A stretch of DNA of 37,659 nt from NCBI RefSeq assembly GCF_006345805.1, contig NW_021835890.1:1-37659 (forward strand). The letters run 5' to 3'. How positions within the stretch are numbered: the first letter of the stretch is position 1; each line of letters begins with the position of its first letter. The notes beneath the pieces are model-generated. The model searched no databases. It was not told where the DNA came from and saw nothing but the letters and a program-made list of their open reading frames with translations. This DNA comes from Octopus sinensis (Eukaryota). The position numbers and the translations under genes were made by a program. Shown one piece after another: positions 24,441-36,577 of the stretch.

Positions 24441-25336
24441 TGCATGTGTGTAAAAGGAGGAAAGAGAAAGAGAAGCGTGGAAGTGATTTTCGTTTTCCCG
24501 TCGGCAATCTGCCATTGGTTGATATGAAGAAATGTTTGCAAAAGCAGATGGTTTCGTTAAATCTGAGGTAAAAAAAAAACCCAAAAACAACAAAAATACA
24601 ACCAGAAGAGAACATCGAACGAAAACAAAGTTAACACATCCCTTTCTTCTCTTTTTTTTTAATCCTAAAAGACAAAAAAAAAGGCTCTAAAAATGAAATG
24701 TAAAAGGTAAAACCACAAAACACCCAAAAGAAATATGTAAATAAATATAATAAAATAACGGTGAAACAACAGAAAAAATGGACGACGCCCCACTCCTCCC
24801 TTTTAATAAATGAAGTCAAAAAGTGTTGGGAGTCTTCCGTCTTTATTATAGTCCAACCAGGCCGCTTGGTCTGCGCCGTCTGTCCTCTCCCCACCTCCTG
24901 GGCACCCACATCGCATTACATACCCAATTGGTAAATTTACGATATTCGATATAGAAAACAACCGTGGCAGAATAAACAAAAATTCCATATGGCGAATGTG
25001 GTTGGAGTAAGTGGAATGGTTGTTAGCTGTCTGTTGGCGACACAGAATGAGAAAAAGGAAACCAATGAGATCTCGAAGTGGCAGATCGGTGTGTTAGAAA
25101 TAGCTGCAAAATGTCCCTCGATTGCCAACGTGCCTTCTAAAGACATAACATGTATATTTCACAACTACGTATATATGCACGTGCTCTCCATCGCTCGCGC
25201 GTCTGTATGCGCTACATGCGTGCGTGTATGTCCGTGTGTCTGATCAATGTGTTAGAAATAGCAGCGAAATTTCCCTCGATTGCCAGCATGTCGTCTAAAG
25301 GACATAACGTAGATATTGATATTCTCCTAAATACAA

Positions 25337-25935
25337 GGCCTCGACCTGGCAGAATCGTTAGCACACCATTGGCACGGTATTTCGTCCGTCTTTGCGTTCT
25401 GAGTTCAAATTCCGCCGAAGTCGACTTTGCCTTTCATCCTTTCGGAGTCGATAAAATAAGTACCAGTTGACTACTAAGGCCGATGCAATCGACTTAACCA
25501 CCGCAACACCCATCCCGAACGGTATTTGTTCGTCTTTATGTTATGAGCCTAAATTCCGCCGAGGTCGATCTTGCCTTTTATTCTTTCGGGGACAATCAAA
25601 TAAGTACCAGTTAAATACTGGTGTCGATGTCAGCGACTTAACCGCTCCCCCAACTCCACGAGCTTGCTGGCATTGTACCAACATTTGAAACCGATATTCT
25701 CTTAAATACAAAGTGGCGACTTGGTAGAATCGTTAGCACCCCACGCCGTGCGAAATGCTTAGCGGCATTTCGTCTGTCTTTACGGTTCTGCTTCCAAATT
25801 CCGCCGAGGTTGACTTTTCCTTTCATCCTTTCGGGGTCGATAAAATAAATACAGTTAACCATTGGGGGTCTATGTAATCGCCTTACTACCCTCGCCCCAC
25901 CGAAGTTGTTGGCCTTGCGTCAAAATCTAAAACCA
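25337..25935 (+). mobile_element. Three tandem SINE family B2 units (one lacking its tail, one 5'-truncated, one near complete)
   Basis: AAATTCCGCCGA(A/G)GT(C/T)GA...CTTTCGG(A/G)G...AAATAA occurs three times, near 25407, 25550 and 25796. Confidence 0.85.
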
Positions 25936-26281
25936 ATATTCTCATAAATACAAATTTGATCAATAGAGTTGATCTTGTGCTAAACAATAACAACGAAATT
26001 TCTAAAAAACAATTAAAAACGTTTCTCTGCGATCGATCGACCTGCTAAGATCATGCCTTTATTTCTTTACAAGAAAAGGAAGTTGTAGATAATCTATTTG
26101 AATAAAGTCACGGTTTGAACCTCTTTGATTACAAGTTTGATATACGTGGGTTAATCTGGGGTTAAACATCCATGATGAAAATCCTAAAGTACCAGCGTGT
26201 AGTTTCGACAGGATTGTTACTTACCTGCAATAGCAACTAAATCTCCCTACAGTAAATGATTAATTATTTTTTATTATTGTA

Positions 26282-26455
26282 GGCGCAGTAGTGGCTGTGT
26301 GGTAAGTGGCTTGCTTACCAACCACATGGTTCCGGGTTCAGTCCCATTGCGTGGCAACTTTGGCAAGTGTCTTCTACTATAGCTTCGGGCCGACCAAAGC
26401 CTTGTGAGCCTTGTGAGTGGATTTGGTAGACGGAAACTGAAAGAAGCCCGTCGTA

Positions 26456-26487
<32 letters not shown>

Positions 26488-26508
26488 CATACACATACAC
26501 ACACACAC

Positions 26509-26541
<33 letters not shown>

Positions 26542-26657
26542 TGTATGTATGTATGTATGTATGTATGTATGTATGTATGTATGTGTGTGTGTATATATTT
26601 GTGTGTCTGTGTTTGACCCCCAACATTGCTTGACAACCGATGCTGGTGTGTTTACGG
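26282..26657 (+). mobile_element. SINE family A, intact 5' end, 3'-truncated
   Basis: GGCGCAGTAGTGGCTGTGTGGTAAG head, B box GGTTCAGTCC, body to GCTGGTGTGTTTACG; 9-nt internal duplication GCCTTGTGA at 26399-26416. Confidence 0.92.
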
Positions 26658-26659
26658 CT

Positions 26660-26940
26660 TCATTCTTCACTGAAGTCGGCTGCCGCGGAATTCTATCGAC
26701 GCCAATGACCTATTTTCTGCAAAAGACAGGGTTTGATCTTAGAAAAATGAAGAATGCCATCAAGAAAATCGGCACGGCCGCTGAAATTAGATCAAGATGG
26801 CTATGGTTGATAAAAGACCGCAAGTGGAATCCTTCTGTAGGTGAAGACTAGCTCAGTCCTCGATGTCTCTCTCAGGGGTGAAACACTCGAGACCCTGAGA
26901 TAAATGCTGACGATACGGAAGTGCTTCTAGCTTTGTAAAA
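26660..26940 (+). mobile_element. 3' end of a restriction-like-endonuclease LINE (HERO/NeSL-like), with 3' UTR
   Basis: EVGCRGILSTPMTYFLQKTGFDLRKMKNAIKKIGTAAEIRSRWLWLIKDRKW* (26672-26851) matches the EVGCRG...AAE..S.WLW..R..W C-terminus of HERO-type elements. The 3' boundary is approximate. Confidence 0.8.
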
Positions 26941-27230
26941 GATGTACAAAAACTTGCAAAACCACTGAGTAGCTCCTGCAATTTCTGTGTGGGGCAAAGC
27001 ATCTCTGAAATTTATTTCAATTAGCGGTGACACCAGCGTTTCAATGGATTTCTCTGGAACAAATCATAAACACTAATACGATGTCACGTGGATAATACAA
27101 ATTGCTCAAATGGTTTGCCTTTCATTCGAAATCAGTTGGATAGGTGCCAATGCACGAAGATTTCCGCCCTGGCATATTTATCAAATTGTACGTATGTATA
27201 ATCAAATTGACTTTTTGATGGATAAGCGTG

Positions 27231-27281
<51 letters not shown>

Positions 27282-27324
27282 ATATATATATATATAGTTT
27301 ATTCAAAGCAGCAGAAAATTCAAC

Positions 27325-27372
27325 AAAACCTGTTACTCTGAGTTTCCCGTTGCCGTTCGTCGGACAGTTTTT
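27325..27372 (-). ncRNA. Hammerhead-like motif (core variant CCGACGA) in a Penelope-like terminal repeat (about 27296-27460)
   Basis: Minus strand: AAAAACUGU-CCGACGA-ACGGCAACGG-GAAA-CUC A GAGU-A^ACAGGUUUU. Helix I 8/9 pairs; palindromic helix III; AATAAA (27303-27298) then (TA)n downstream. Confidence 0.62.
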
Positions 27373-27459
27373 TCTAGCATATATATAAAGCATATTACTC
27401 TACCACTGGTATTTGAGTACTCATTTTTCCACCTTGTTTCACATTAATGTGTTTACTCC

Positions 27460-27509
<50 letters not shown>

Positions 27510-28055
27510 TACATACGTAAATACGTACATGAATATATGTGTGTGTGTGTATGTATGTATATATTTGTGACTGAGTGTATGAGATCCTAAACATGTGCGC
27601 GCGCGAGTGTTTGACTATACGTGTGTGTTTCTGTGCGCGCACACATTATCTGTATATAAATACATAATTACTTGTGGACAGGTGGTTGAGCAATTAAAAT
27701 ACTTTCTTTAATAATGCGACGTCGGCATATTAACATAATTTATCCATACATCAAGCTACTTAATCGATGTGAATGATAAACTCAGAGTCTCTTTAGCATT
27801 AGATACGCTTGGGCAGACACATAAACCTACTTAGACATACATACATAGATACATACATACATTCTTATATACGTGTGTATGTAAGTATGTTTGTATGCAT
27901 GTAAATATGTGTGTGTGTAAGTACATTGTGTGGTGGTATTTAGCCGTTTTTCATGGAAAGGTATGATATGAGTTTCCTTTTCAAGTAGGCAAGTCAGCCA
28001 TATAGTAATGTTATTCATTTAATGTGTATTTACTATTTTATACTTATTTATACTA

Positions 28056-28098
28056 CTATAGACAGCCTGTTTCTGCATATTATGTATCATCAGTGTTG
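28056..28098 (-). ncRNA. Minimal type-I hammerhead ribozyme motif with canonical core, in a probable Penelope-like terminal repeat
   Basis: Minus strand: CAACA-CUGAUGA-UACAU AAU AUGCA-GAAA-CAG G CUGU-C^UAUAG. All core nucleotides present; helix II 4/5 pairs; self-complementary helix III; GUC triplet; helix I only 3/5 pairs. Confidence 0.6.
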
Positions 28099-28196
28099 GG
28101 TATATTTCTCAGTATTATACATATATTAAACATATAGTGTGTATTTGCGACATATATTTTATGACTGTGTGTGTGTTTGAGTGTATGTACACATAA

Positions 28197-28264
<68 letters not shown>

Positions 28265-28584
28265 GATAGAAAATGAAAAGAAAGACATTCTTTATTTAGA
28301 ACCACCACAATTGTTTCGACACTTTTCTACACCCTTAGTATATGGGTGATTTTCTGTGTAATCATTATCATACATCCCAGATGTAAAATGCATCTCCTTA
28401 GGTGACTGATTAAATAACTCTTTCGAAAGATCCTACCGTCATTTCACTCGGTGTGAGAAATCTTCACACAACATCACATCTACATACGACGTCTATAGAA
28501 ATATATCAAATCAACTGTAGTAATTTCAAATAAAGAATTTCGTTCATTCCATTTTCTACCATTCGCCTATATATCTATGTATGT

Positions 28585-28887
28585 GAAAGCACGTAGTTTA
28601 GTGGCTGAAGTATTCGGATCACAGTCGTAAGGTCATGAGATCGATTCTTGTCTGCCCATTGTCGACTTCAGCAAGTCACGTTATTTCTCATTGCTTCAGT
28701 CCATTCAGCTGCAAAGATGAGTTGCGCCGGAGATTCAAGGGGCCAGCCTTGTCACATTCTGTGTCACGCTGAATCCTCCAGAAAACTATGTAAAGGGTAC
28801 TCAACCACATGCACGTTAATCTCACGGACAAGGTATTCCTTTGAGGGGGACAAATGGAACCCTCGTGGTTATAACCGATGGCGTGTC
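28585..28887 (+). mobile_element. Degenerate SINE: family D-like head/CORE joined to the family C 3' half
   Basis: Decayed A and B boxes and CORE-like TTCAGCAAGTCACGTTATTTCTCATTGC, then GGGCCAGCCTTGTCACATTCTGTGTCACGCTGAATC...TGCACGTTAAT...TAACCGA shared with 5083-5257. Confidence 0.72.
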
Positions 28888-29029
28888 AGTTATCTACTTA
28901 TATAAGCTCTAAGGATACTATGGAATTCCTGATGTATATACAGTAACAAGAACGTTTCCAGTGTATGATGACATCAGATAGCCAATAATGTGTGGACGAG
29001 CATTTGGCGAGTACTTTTACTCGAACCTT

Positions 29030-29195
29030 ATATATATATGTATGTAAGTATGTATGTATGCGGGTGTGAGTGTGTGTATATGCATGTGTATGTGAATGTG
29101 TGTATGTATGTATGTATATATATGTGTGTGTGTGTGTATATGTATATAAATAATATATATAGATAGATAGATAAATAGATAGATAGATAGGTAGG

Positions 29196-29236
<41 letters not shown>

Positions 29237-29298
29237 GATAGATAGATAGATAGAGATAGATAAATAATAGATAGATAGACAGACAGATAGATAGATAG

Positions 29299-29350
<52 letters not shown>

Positions 29351-29432
29351 GGAGAGAGAGAGAGAGATAAATAGACAGGCAGACAGACAGATAGACAGAC
29401 AAACTGACAGACAGATAAATGATAGATAATAG

Positions 29433-29486
<54 letters not shown>

Positions 29487-29490
29487 TAGA
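29030..29490. repeat. Compound (GATA)n/(TA)n/(GA)n/(GACA)n microsatellite
   Basis: Direct reading. Confidence 0.95.
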
Positions 29491-30346
29491 TATACGTGTG
29501 TGAGCTTGTGTGTGTGTCTCTGCATATATGTGAATGTGTGTGCGTATATATGTGCTTATTTTCTTATAAGTATGCATATGTGTGCATATATGCGCGTCTG
29601 CGTGTGTGATAATCACCCTTTTTATGTTGAGCTCATACTCCGTTGCAAAAATATAGTTCAATATGGAGTCTGTTTTCATTTGCGTCTTGAGAATATACCT
29701 TTACCTAACTATCAATCGATCGATGTCTCTCTCTCTCTCTCCCTGTCTGTCTGTCTGTCTGTCTGTCTGTCGTCTCTCTCTCTGTAGCTTTCTGCATATA
29801 TGAAAACCACCACCACCACCACAACCACCGCCATTTCTCTTTCTTCCCTCTCTCTCTCACTCTTTTTTCTTCTCTTTCTCACATTCACACAAACAAACAC
29901 ACGCAAACACGTACACACACACATTTCTACACGTGCTTTCTGTTCTTTGTGTCTATTGATATTTGTATCGCGATGACTTGAGTTGCGTCTTAAAAAGCAT
30001 CTTATCAACAGTGTATGTATACATGTATACACACACTCACACTCACACACATACATATTTATATAAGTGTATATATATATATACATGTATATAATTTAGT
30101 ATAATATATATTATATATACGACTCATATATATTCATGTGAGTGTATGTGCATTTATACACATACATATAGTGTGTGTGTATTATATATATTATATATAT
30201 ATATATATACATAGAGAGAGAGAGAGAGAGAGGTAGATAGCTAGATATAGATATATATGTTTATGTATACAAACATATGTATAAATATGTATGTGTGTAT
30301 ATATGTATATATAAATAAATATGAATATATATACATATATATATAC

Positions 30347-30387
<41 letters not shown>

Positions 30388-30404
30388 TACATATATATAT
30401 GTAT

Positions 30405-30449
<45 letters not shown>

Positions 30450-31065
30450 ACAAATAAATATCTCCGTGTTTGTGTATGGCTCTGTATATGTATCAGTGCA
30501 CGTACGTTATGCTTCTGTTGTTTGTATGGTGTGTACATTGTAACAGAAATACACAGTGATAGGTAAGTCAGCAACATGTCATCAACAATCTGAGCCAGCG
30601 ATGCAGTTTTGATTCTCGCGGGAAATACCGGATTGTTTTAGATTTATATTTTTTTGTTAATATTATTTTCATTATTTTGTTTGCAGCGTATCTGTTGGGT
30701 TAGGTTCACTGAACTGTATCACATCAATACAAAAACTGGCAGCGTTTCATGTGAAAAAAAAAATCGATACATAAGCACTGGAAATACTTATATACAGAGA
30801 CCTGATTCTTATATATATGTGTAGTATGCCTCAAGGGTATTAATATAAGCATGTGTATGCCAAGAGATATAGAGCAATAGCAATATGTGTATGCATATAT
30901 CTACGTATGCAGTTATCTATGTATGTGTATGTATGCACTTATGGGTATATATATATGCGTATATATATACTTATGTATAGATATATATGTATGCATATAT
31001 GTATGTATGTGTGTGTATGTATGTATGTATATATGTATGTATATATATGTATGTATGCATTTATG

Positions 31066-31108
<43 letters not shown>

Positions 31109-32115
31109 TTATGTGTATAGATATATATGTATGTATGTACTTATGTATATTATGTATATATATATATATATATATATCGATATACAATGTTTATGATATA
31201 TGTATGTCTGTATGTATGAGTGCCTGCATGTAGGTATATATATATGTAAGCATGCATGTATGTATGCATGTATATATGCATATATGTATGTGTGTATGTA
31301 TGTATGTATGTATGTATATATGTATGTATGTACGTACGTATGTATGTATGTATATATGTATGTATATATGCAGGCAGGCATATATGTATTTGTACCGACA
31401 AACACAAAAATATACACATATAATGTCGCATAGAGTGGCCTCCGGTTTCAACCTGGCCAACGTTCTGACAAGCCTTGTTGGTGAAAACTATGTATGTGTG
31501 TGTGGATGTGTGTGTTTATGTGCATGTGTATGTGCGTCTGTGTGTGAAAGTGTATATACAAAGGTGATTGAAAATCTCACCGACAAGTTTGGTATTTTGA
31601 ATGCCTTTGCCCATTCACGTTTTAAACTTTTTAATTCTATAATATTTCAACTTTCGACATATCTATTTTTTACTCTGTAAATTCAACCGTTGCCATTTCA
31701 TAATTGAATTCACTCTTTCAGCAATTTAATATCTGGATTTAGTTAGAAGAATCCGATAAGACATATTCTACACACGCATTATATATTTTTTCTTCACTTC
31801 ATGTTTATTATTGTTCGTATTTTACGTGCTATGTTACACATCCTGTGACCTCTTCAGTGATTCTCCATTCCACGTGTCTCCTCCTGTTCTGTTTAGTCCA
31901 TTATATTTTTCTATTCTATGTTTACCGTTCTTTAAAGGTTACTTTGGCCTGAACACTCTGCTATGCCTCTCCGTTGTAAAAGACCTGGTTAGAAACTGAA
32001 TCTTTGGCAATGCAAGACATCAAAATTCTCAGGACGTAATCGCAGAGAACCTCATCAGTTGTTGTATATTTTCTCGTTTGTAAAACTGATTTCATATCTT
32101 TTATTTTTTTATTTT

Positions 32116-32775
32116 TTATTTGTTTCAGCCATTACACTGCAGCCATGCTGGAGCACCACCTTGAAGAATTACTTGTCGAATGAATTAACTCCAGTATTTA
32201 TATTTTTTAAAAGCTAGGTATTTCATTGGTCACTTGTGCCGAACCGCTAAGTTACGGAGACGTAAACACACCAAAACTGGTTGTCAAACGGTGGTGGTGG
32301 ACGAACACAGAAACAAATACACGCACACACACGCACATAGACACACTTATGCACACACATATATACACGTATATACACGACGATCTTCTTTCCGTTTCTG
32401 TCTGTCAAATACACACAAGGCTTTGGTTGGCCCGAGATTATAGAAGACACATGCACAAAGTGTAATGCAGTGGGAATGAACCCGGAATTATGTGGTTGAT
32501 AAGCAAGCTTTATTTTTTATTGCCCACAAGGGGCTAAACATAGACGGGACAAACAAGGACAGACAAACGGATTAAGTCGATTACAACGACCCCAGTGCGT
32601 AACTGGTACTTAATTTATCGACCCCGAAAGGATGAAAAGCAAAGTTGACCTCGGCGGTATTTGAACTCAGAACGTAACAGCAGACGAAATACCTCTAAGC
32701 ATTTCGCCCAGCGTGCTAACGTTTCTGCCAGCTCGCCGCCTTAAGCGAGCTTCTTGCTACACAGTCACACCTGTG
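32116..32775 (-). mobile_element. SINE family A copy interrupted in its head by a family B SINE
   Basis: Family A sequence over 32116-32510 resumes at 32742-32775 (CTTCTTGCTACACAGTCACACCTG) after the insert. Confidence 0.85.
32511..32741 (-). mobile_element. tRNA-derived SINE, family B1, full length with target-site duplication
   Basis: The minus strand reads GGCGGCGAGCTGGCAGAAACGTTAGCAC...GAGTTCAAATACC (B box)...CTTTTCATCCTTTCGGGGTCGATAAATTAAGTACCAG...AGCCCCTTGTGGGCAATAAA. Flanked by TAAGCAAGCTT (32500-32510) and TAAGCGAGCTT (32742-32752). Confidence 0.92.
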
Positions 32776-34207
32776 TCATAGTGGAACCTTTTTTTATATG
32801 GCCCTAATGTGACAGGATTTGATAATACAGAGGACAAGCATAAGAACGTTCTCACTAGTGACCATTTCAAATCATAAAAACATGCAACTCCCGCACACCA
32901 AACAACGCTAAAAGCTTGCATACAGAGGTGAAATATCATCTAGTTTAATCTACTGTTCAACGTTAAAACCTCCGTGAAAAACATTATCCTTCATTATTTA
33001 ACACTCCTCCACGAAGAAACCTTCGCAAAGTATGCAACAGGAAAATATGTAAACTTGTTAGCTTGGCTCTCCCTTTATAAGAAAAGTCATTTCACTTCGT
33101 AATGACAGATTTCGCCAGTAAAATTGAACTCAAACAAATCAAAGAGGAGATAACCGTAATTTCCGAAGCATTAACTAAGAAGTTATTGAAACTGTATTAA
33201 TAATCACTAGAACAGTCTTCGGATTATCTCGAAGTTTATTTAAAAGACACCATATGGGCTCACTCTAGATCCTTCTGCAAAGAATTTACTACGTCGCCCC
33301 CGAAGCACCCGAAGGAAAGTGTCCAAAGGAAAGTGCATATATAGATGGATATGTCAACAGAAGCACACAATATATAAATGGTTCAAAGCACTAATTGTAA
33401 TTTATGTCTGACTGAAAAATACGATATACAATAATTTCATTAATAACAGTAATGAAGAATGATTAGAGATGATCTACATTTGTCGACACAGCATAAATAT
33501 TTTAATATCAGTCTTGAGAGCAAGAAAGAAACACAGCTAACGTCACACACCACGTGATCCACTGGTATTAATGTTGCTTCAGCGACTATAATGATAATCT
33601 CCTAAATATTGTGGACTGTTAATTTCTTGACTCTTGGTATGTGTGAGTGTACAGGTAGCTGTGCGTGTGCGAGCGCGTCTGTGTGTGTGTGTGTGTGTGT
33701 GCAAGTGTGAGTGTGTGTGTAAGTAGAGTGTGTGTGTGCGTGTGTGTGAGTGAGTATACATGTGTGTGAGTGTGTGCGTGTTAATGAGAACGAGAAAGTG
33801 GGAGAGAGAGGGAGAGAAAATGGGAACGCGTATGGGTTAAACGTCCACCCCTATAAAAGAATAGGCAATAATTTCAACTTCAGATGGCTGTGTATACGTA
33901 AGATGGAGTCGGAATGAATACATTATACTCCTTGACAGTCAGCACTTCCCTGGTCATGTGACCTTCAGCATAATGTATCTCCATTTCTTTCCATTTTCTA
34001 CGCTACTGATATATGCATCTGCACCGGTGGCAAGTGTGTATATGTGCCGTAATTACTATTTGTATTAGTGTATATAGTGAGTGAGTTGGAGTATGTACAT
34101 ACATAAATATATACACATATATATGAATACATATATACACACATATATATGTGTTTATATATATATATATAATATATACACACGCACACACACATATATA
34201 TATATGG

Positions 34208-34244
<37 letters not shown>

Positions 34245-34246
34245 AT

Positions 34247-34283
<37 letters not shown>

Positions 34284-34373
34284 GATTATTATGTATGTGT
34301 CAATTATTGTATCATTTTGCATGTTTCATGTTTTGGGCTGTGCAGTCATTATAAGTTATTTTCGAACGTAAAT

Positions 34374-34471
<98 letters not shown>

Positions 34472-35531
34472 TATATATGTATATAATATATATATGCAGT
34501 ATACATATATATACATGTATACATATATGTATACGCATATGCATGTATGTACATTTATATATACTGATGTATGTGTAGTATGAAAGCAACTGTACATTTG
34601 ACTGCCAATTAAAAGCTCCTGTCTTGAATGACAAAGAATTAACAAGAGACTCGAAGACTTCAAGACAGATATTTCAAACCTCCGCCCTTTACCTTCCCTC
34701 TTCTTCGTTCCTTAACTGAGTACACAGTGATTTGATATTATAGATCGATTCCATTATACTCTGTGTGTGTGTGTGTGTGTATAAATTGATGAATGTATCG
34801 GAATAATATATATTGATATGGGCGTATATGTATGCATATAGTTATCAAATTATTTGTCTTAGAAGGCTCAAATATTTCTTTTGACTCTCTCTTTCTTTCT
34901 TTCTTTCTTTCTCTCTCTCCCTCTCAGTATATACATTTACAGACACACACGCACACACATATATATTAGGTATATATATATATACATAAATATATGTAAA
35001 CATATGTATATATGTGTATATATACATATATATATATGTATTTATACATTATATATGTATATATATATATATATAGATCTATATATATATATATATATAT
35101 GAAAGTATGTACTTATGTGTATGTGTAATTGTGTAAATATATGTAATATATATATATATATATATATATACATGCTATGTTTAGTTTACTGTATATTAAT
35201 AATGAACTTACGTGCCGTTTCACATGTATTATGTACGCATGTTTAAGCACTATGTTTATATGTATATAAGTATATGTGTAAATGTATATATATGTTTATG
35301 TATATGTATATATGCATATGTATATACTTATATATTTATATATTTATATGTGGGAATGATATGTATAAAGTGACGATTTATTCTTTTTTTCTAATCTTTT
35401 CCCAAAATACATTAATTCATTGTGATATATTGGATTTAATCTAATTAGCCAAATCTATCATATATCTGTTATTTAATCACATACCCACATGCGCGCACAT
35501 ACACACGTGCATACATGATACACTCACATAC

Positions 35532-35571
<40 letters not shown>

Positions 35572-35776
35572 CATATACATACACTCACACACCCTCTTTT
35601 TCCACCTCTCTTTCTCGCACAGTCTTAACGCATGCACTCACACGCAAGAACGCACATACATACTTAAATAAAATCTATTTTATCCATTTTGTTTTACCCC
35701 TTCAAGTACAATAACAAAGTTGCAGATATACATATGCGCACACATTATCTGTCTTCCTTTCTCTCTCGCTCTCTCT

Positions 35777-35866
35777 TTTTATCTAGTACATATATATATA
35801 TATATATAGTACTAGATAAAAGCGACTAAAACAAATAATAGAATTATATATAATATTAGTAAAAAA

Positions 35867-35909
<43 letters not shown>

Positions 35910-36130
35910 TATATATATAATTCTATTATTTGTTTTAGTCGCTTTTATCTAGTACATATATATATATAATATATATATATACTGTCCTAGATAAAATCGA
36001 CTAAAACAAATAATAGAATTATATATATATATTAGTAAAAAAGATATATATATATATATATAATTCTATTATTTGTTTTAGTCGCTTATCTAGTACATAT
36101 ATATATATAATATATATATATATTAGTAAA
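35777..36130. repeat. Alternately inverted array of a 38-bp unit separated by (AT)n
   Basis: Unit GTACTAGATAAAAGCGACTAAAACAAATAATAGAATTA forward at 35809-35846 and 35984-36021; reverse at 35918-35955 and 36061-36096. Confidence 0.9.
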
Positions 36131-36144
36131 TATATATATTTAGT

Positions 36145-36507
36145 CTTTTACTTGTTTCAGTCATTTGACTGCGGCCATGCTGGAGCACCGCCTTTAGTCG
36201 AGCAAATCGACCCCGGGACTTATTCTTGTAAGCCCAGTATTATTCTATCGGTCTCTTTTGCCGAACCGCTAAGTGACGGGACGTAAACACACCAGCATCG
36301 GTTGTCAAGCAATGCTAGGGGGACAAACACAGAAACCACAAACACACACATATGTATATATATATACATATATACGACAGGCTTCTTTCAGTTTCCGTCT
36401 ACCAAATCCACTCACAAGGCATTGGTCGGCCCGGGGCTATAGCAGAAGACACTTGCCCAAGATGCCACGCAGTGGGACTGAACCCGGAACCATGTGGTTG
36501 GTTAGCA
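36145..36507 (-). mobile_element. SINE family A (head truncated)
   Basis: High similarity to 11408-11805. Confidence 0.92.
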
Positions 36508-36577
36508 ATATATAATATATATATATATATTAGTAAAAAAGATATATATATATAATTCTATAATTTGTTTTAGTTGC

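Noticed and set aside
26870-26920. GAAAC...CTGACGA order suggesting a type-II hammerhead in the HERO 3' UTR
   Set aside because: No helix III/UH or helix II pairing; only an 8-bp hairpin TCTCAGGG/CCCTGAGA is present.
28291-28350. Minus strand GUCGAAACAAUUGU...AATAAA, PLE-like end with palindromic helix III
   Set aside because: No recognisable CUGANGA and position 17 is G; at most a heavily decayed relic.
32020-32062. Minus strand CUGAUGAGG...CC
   Set aside because: Followed by UGAG rather than GAAA.
35809-35955. Tc1/mariner MITE with 38-bp TIRs
   Set aside because: The flanks are not a clean TA duplication, and the arm also appears outside the putative element in alternating orientation.
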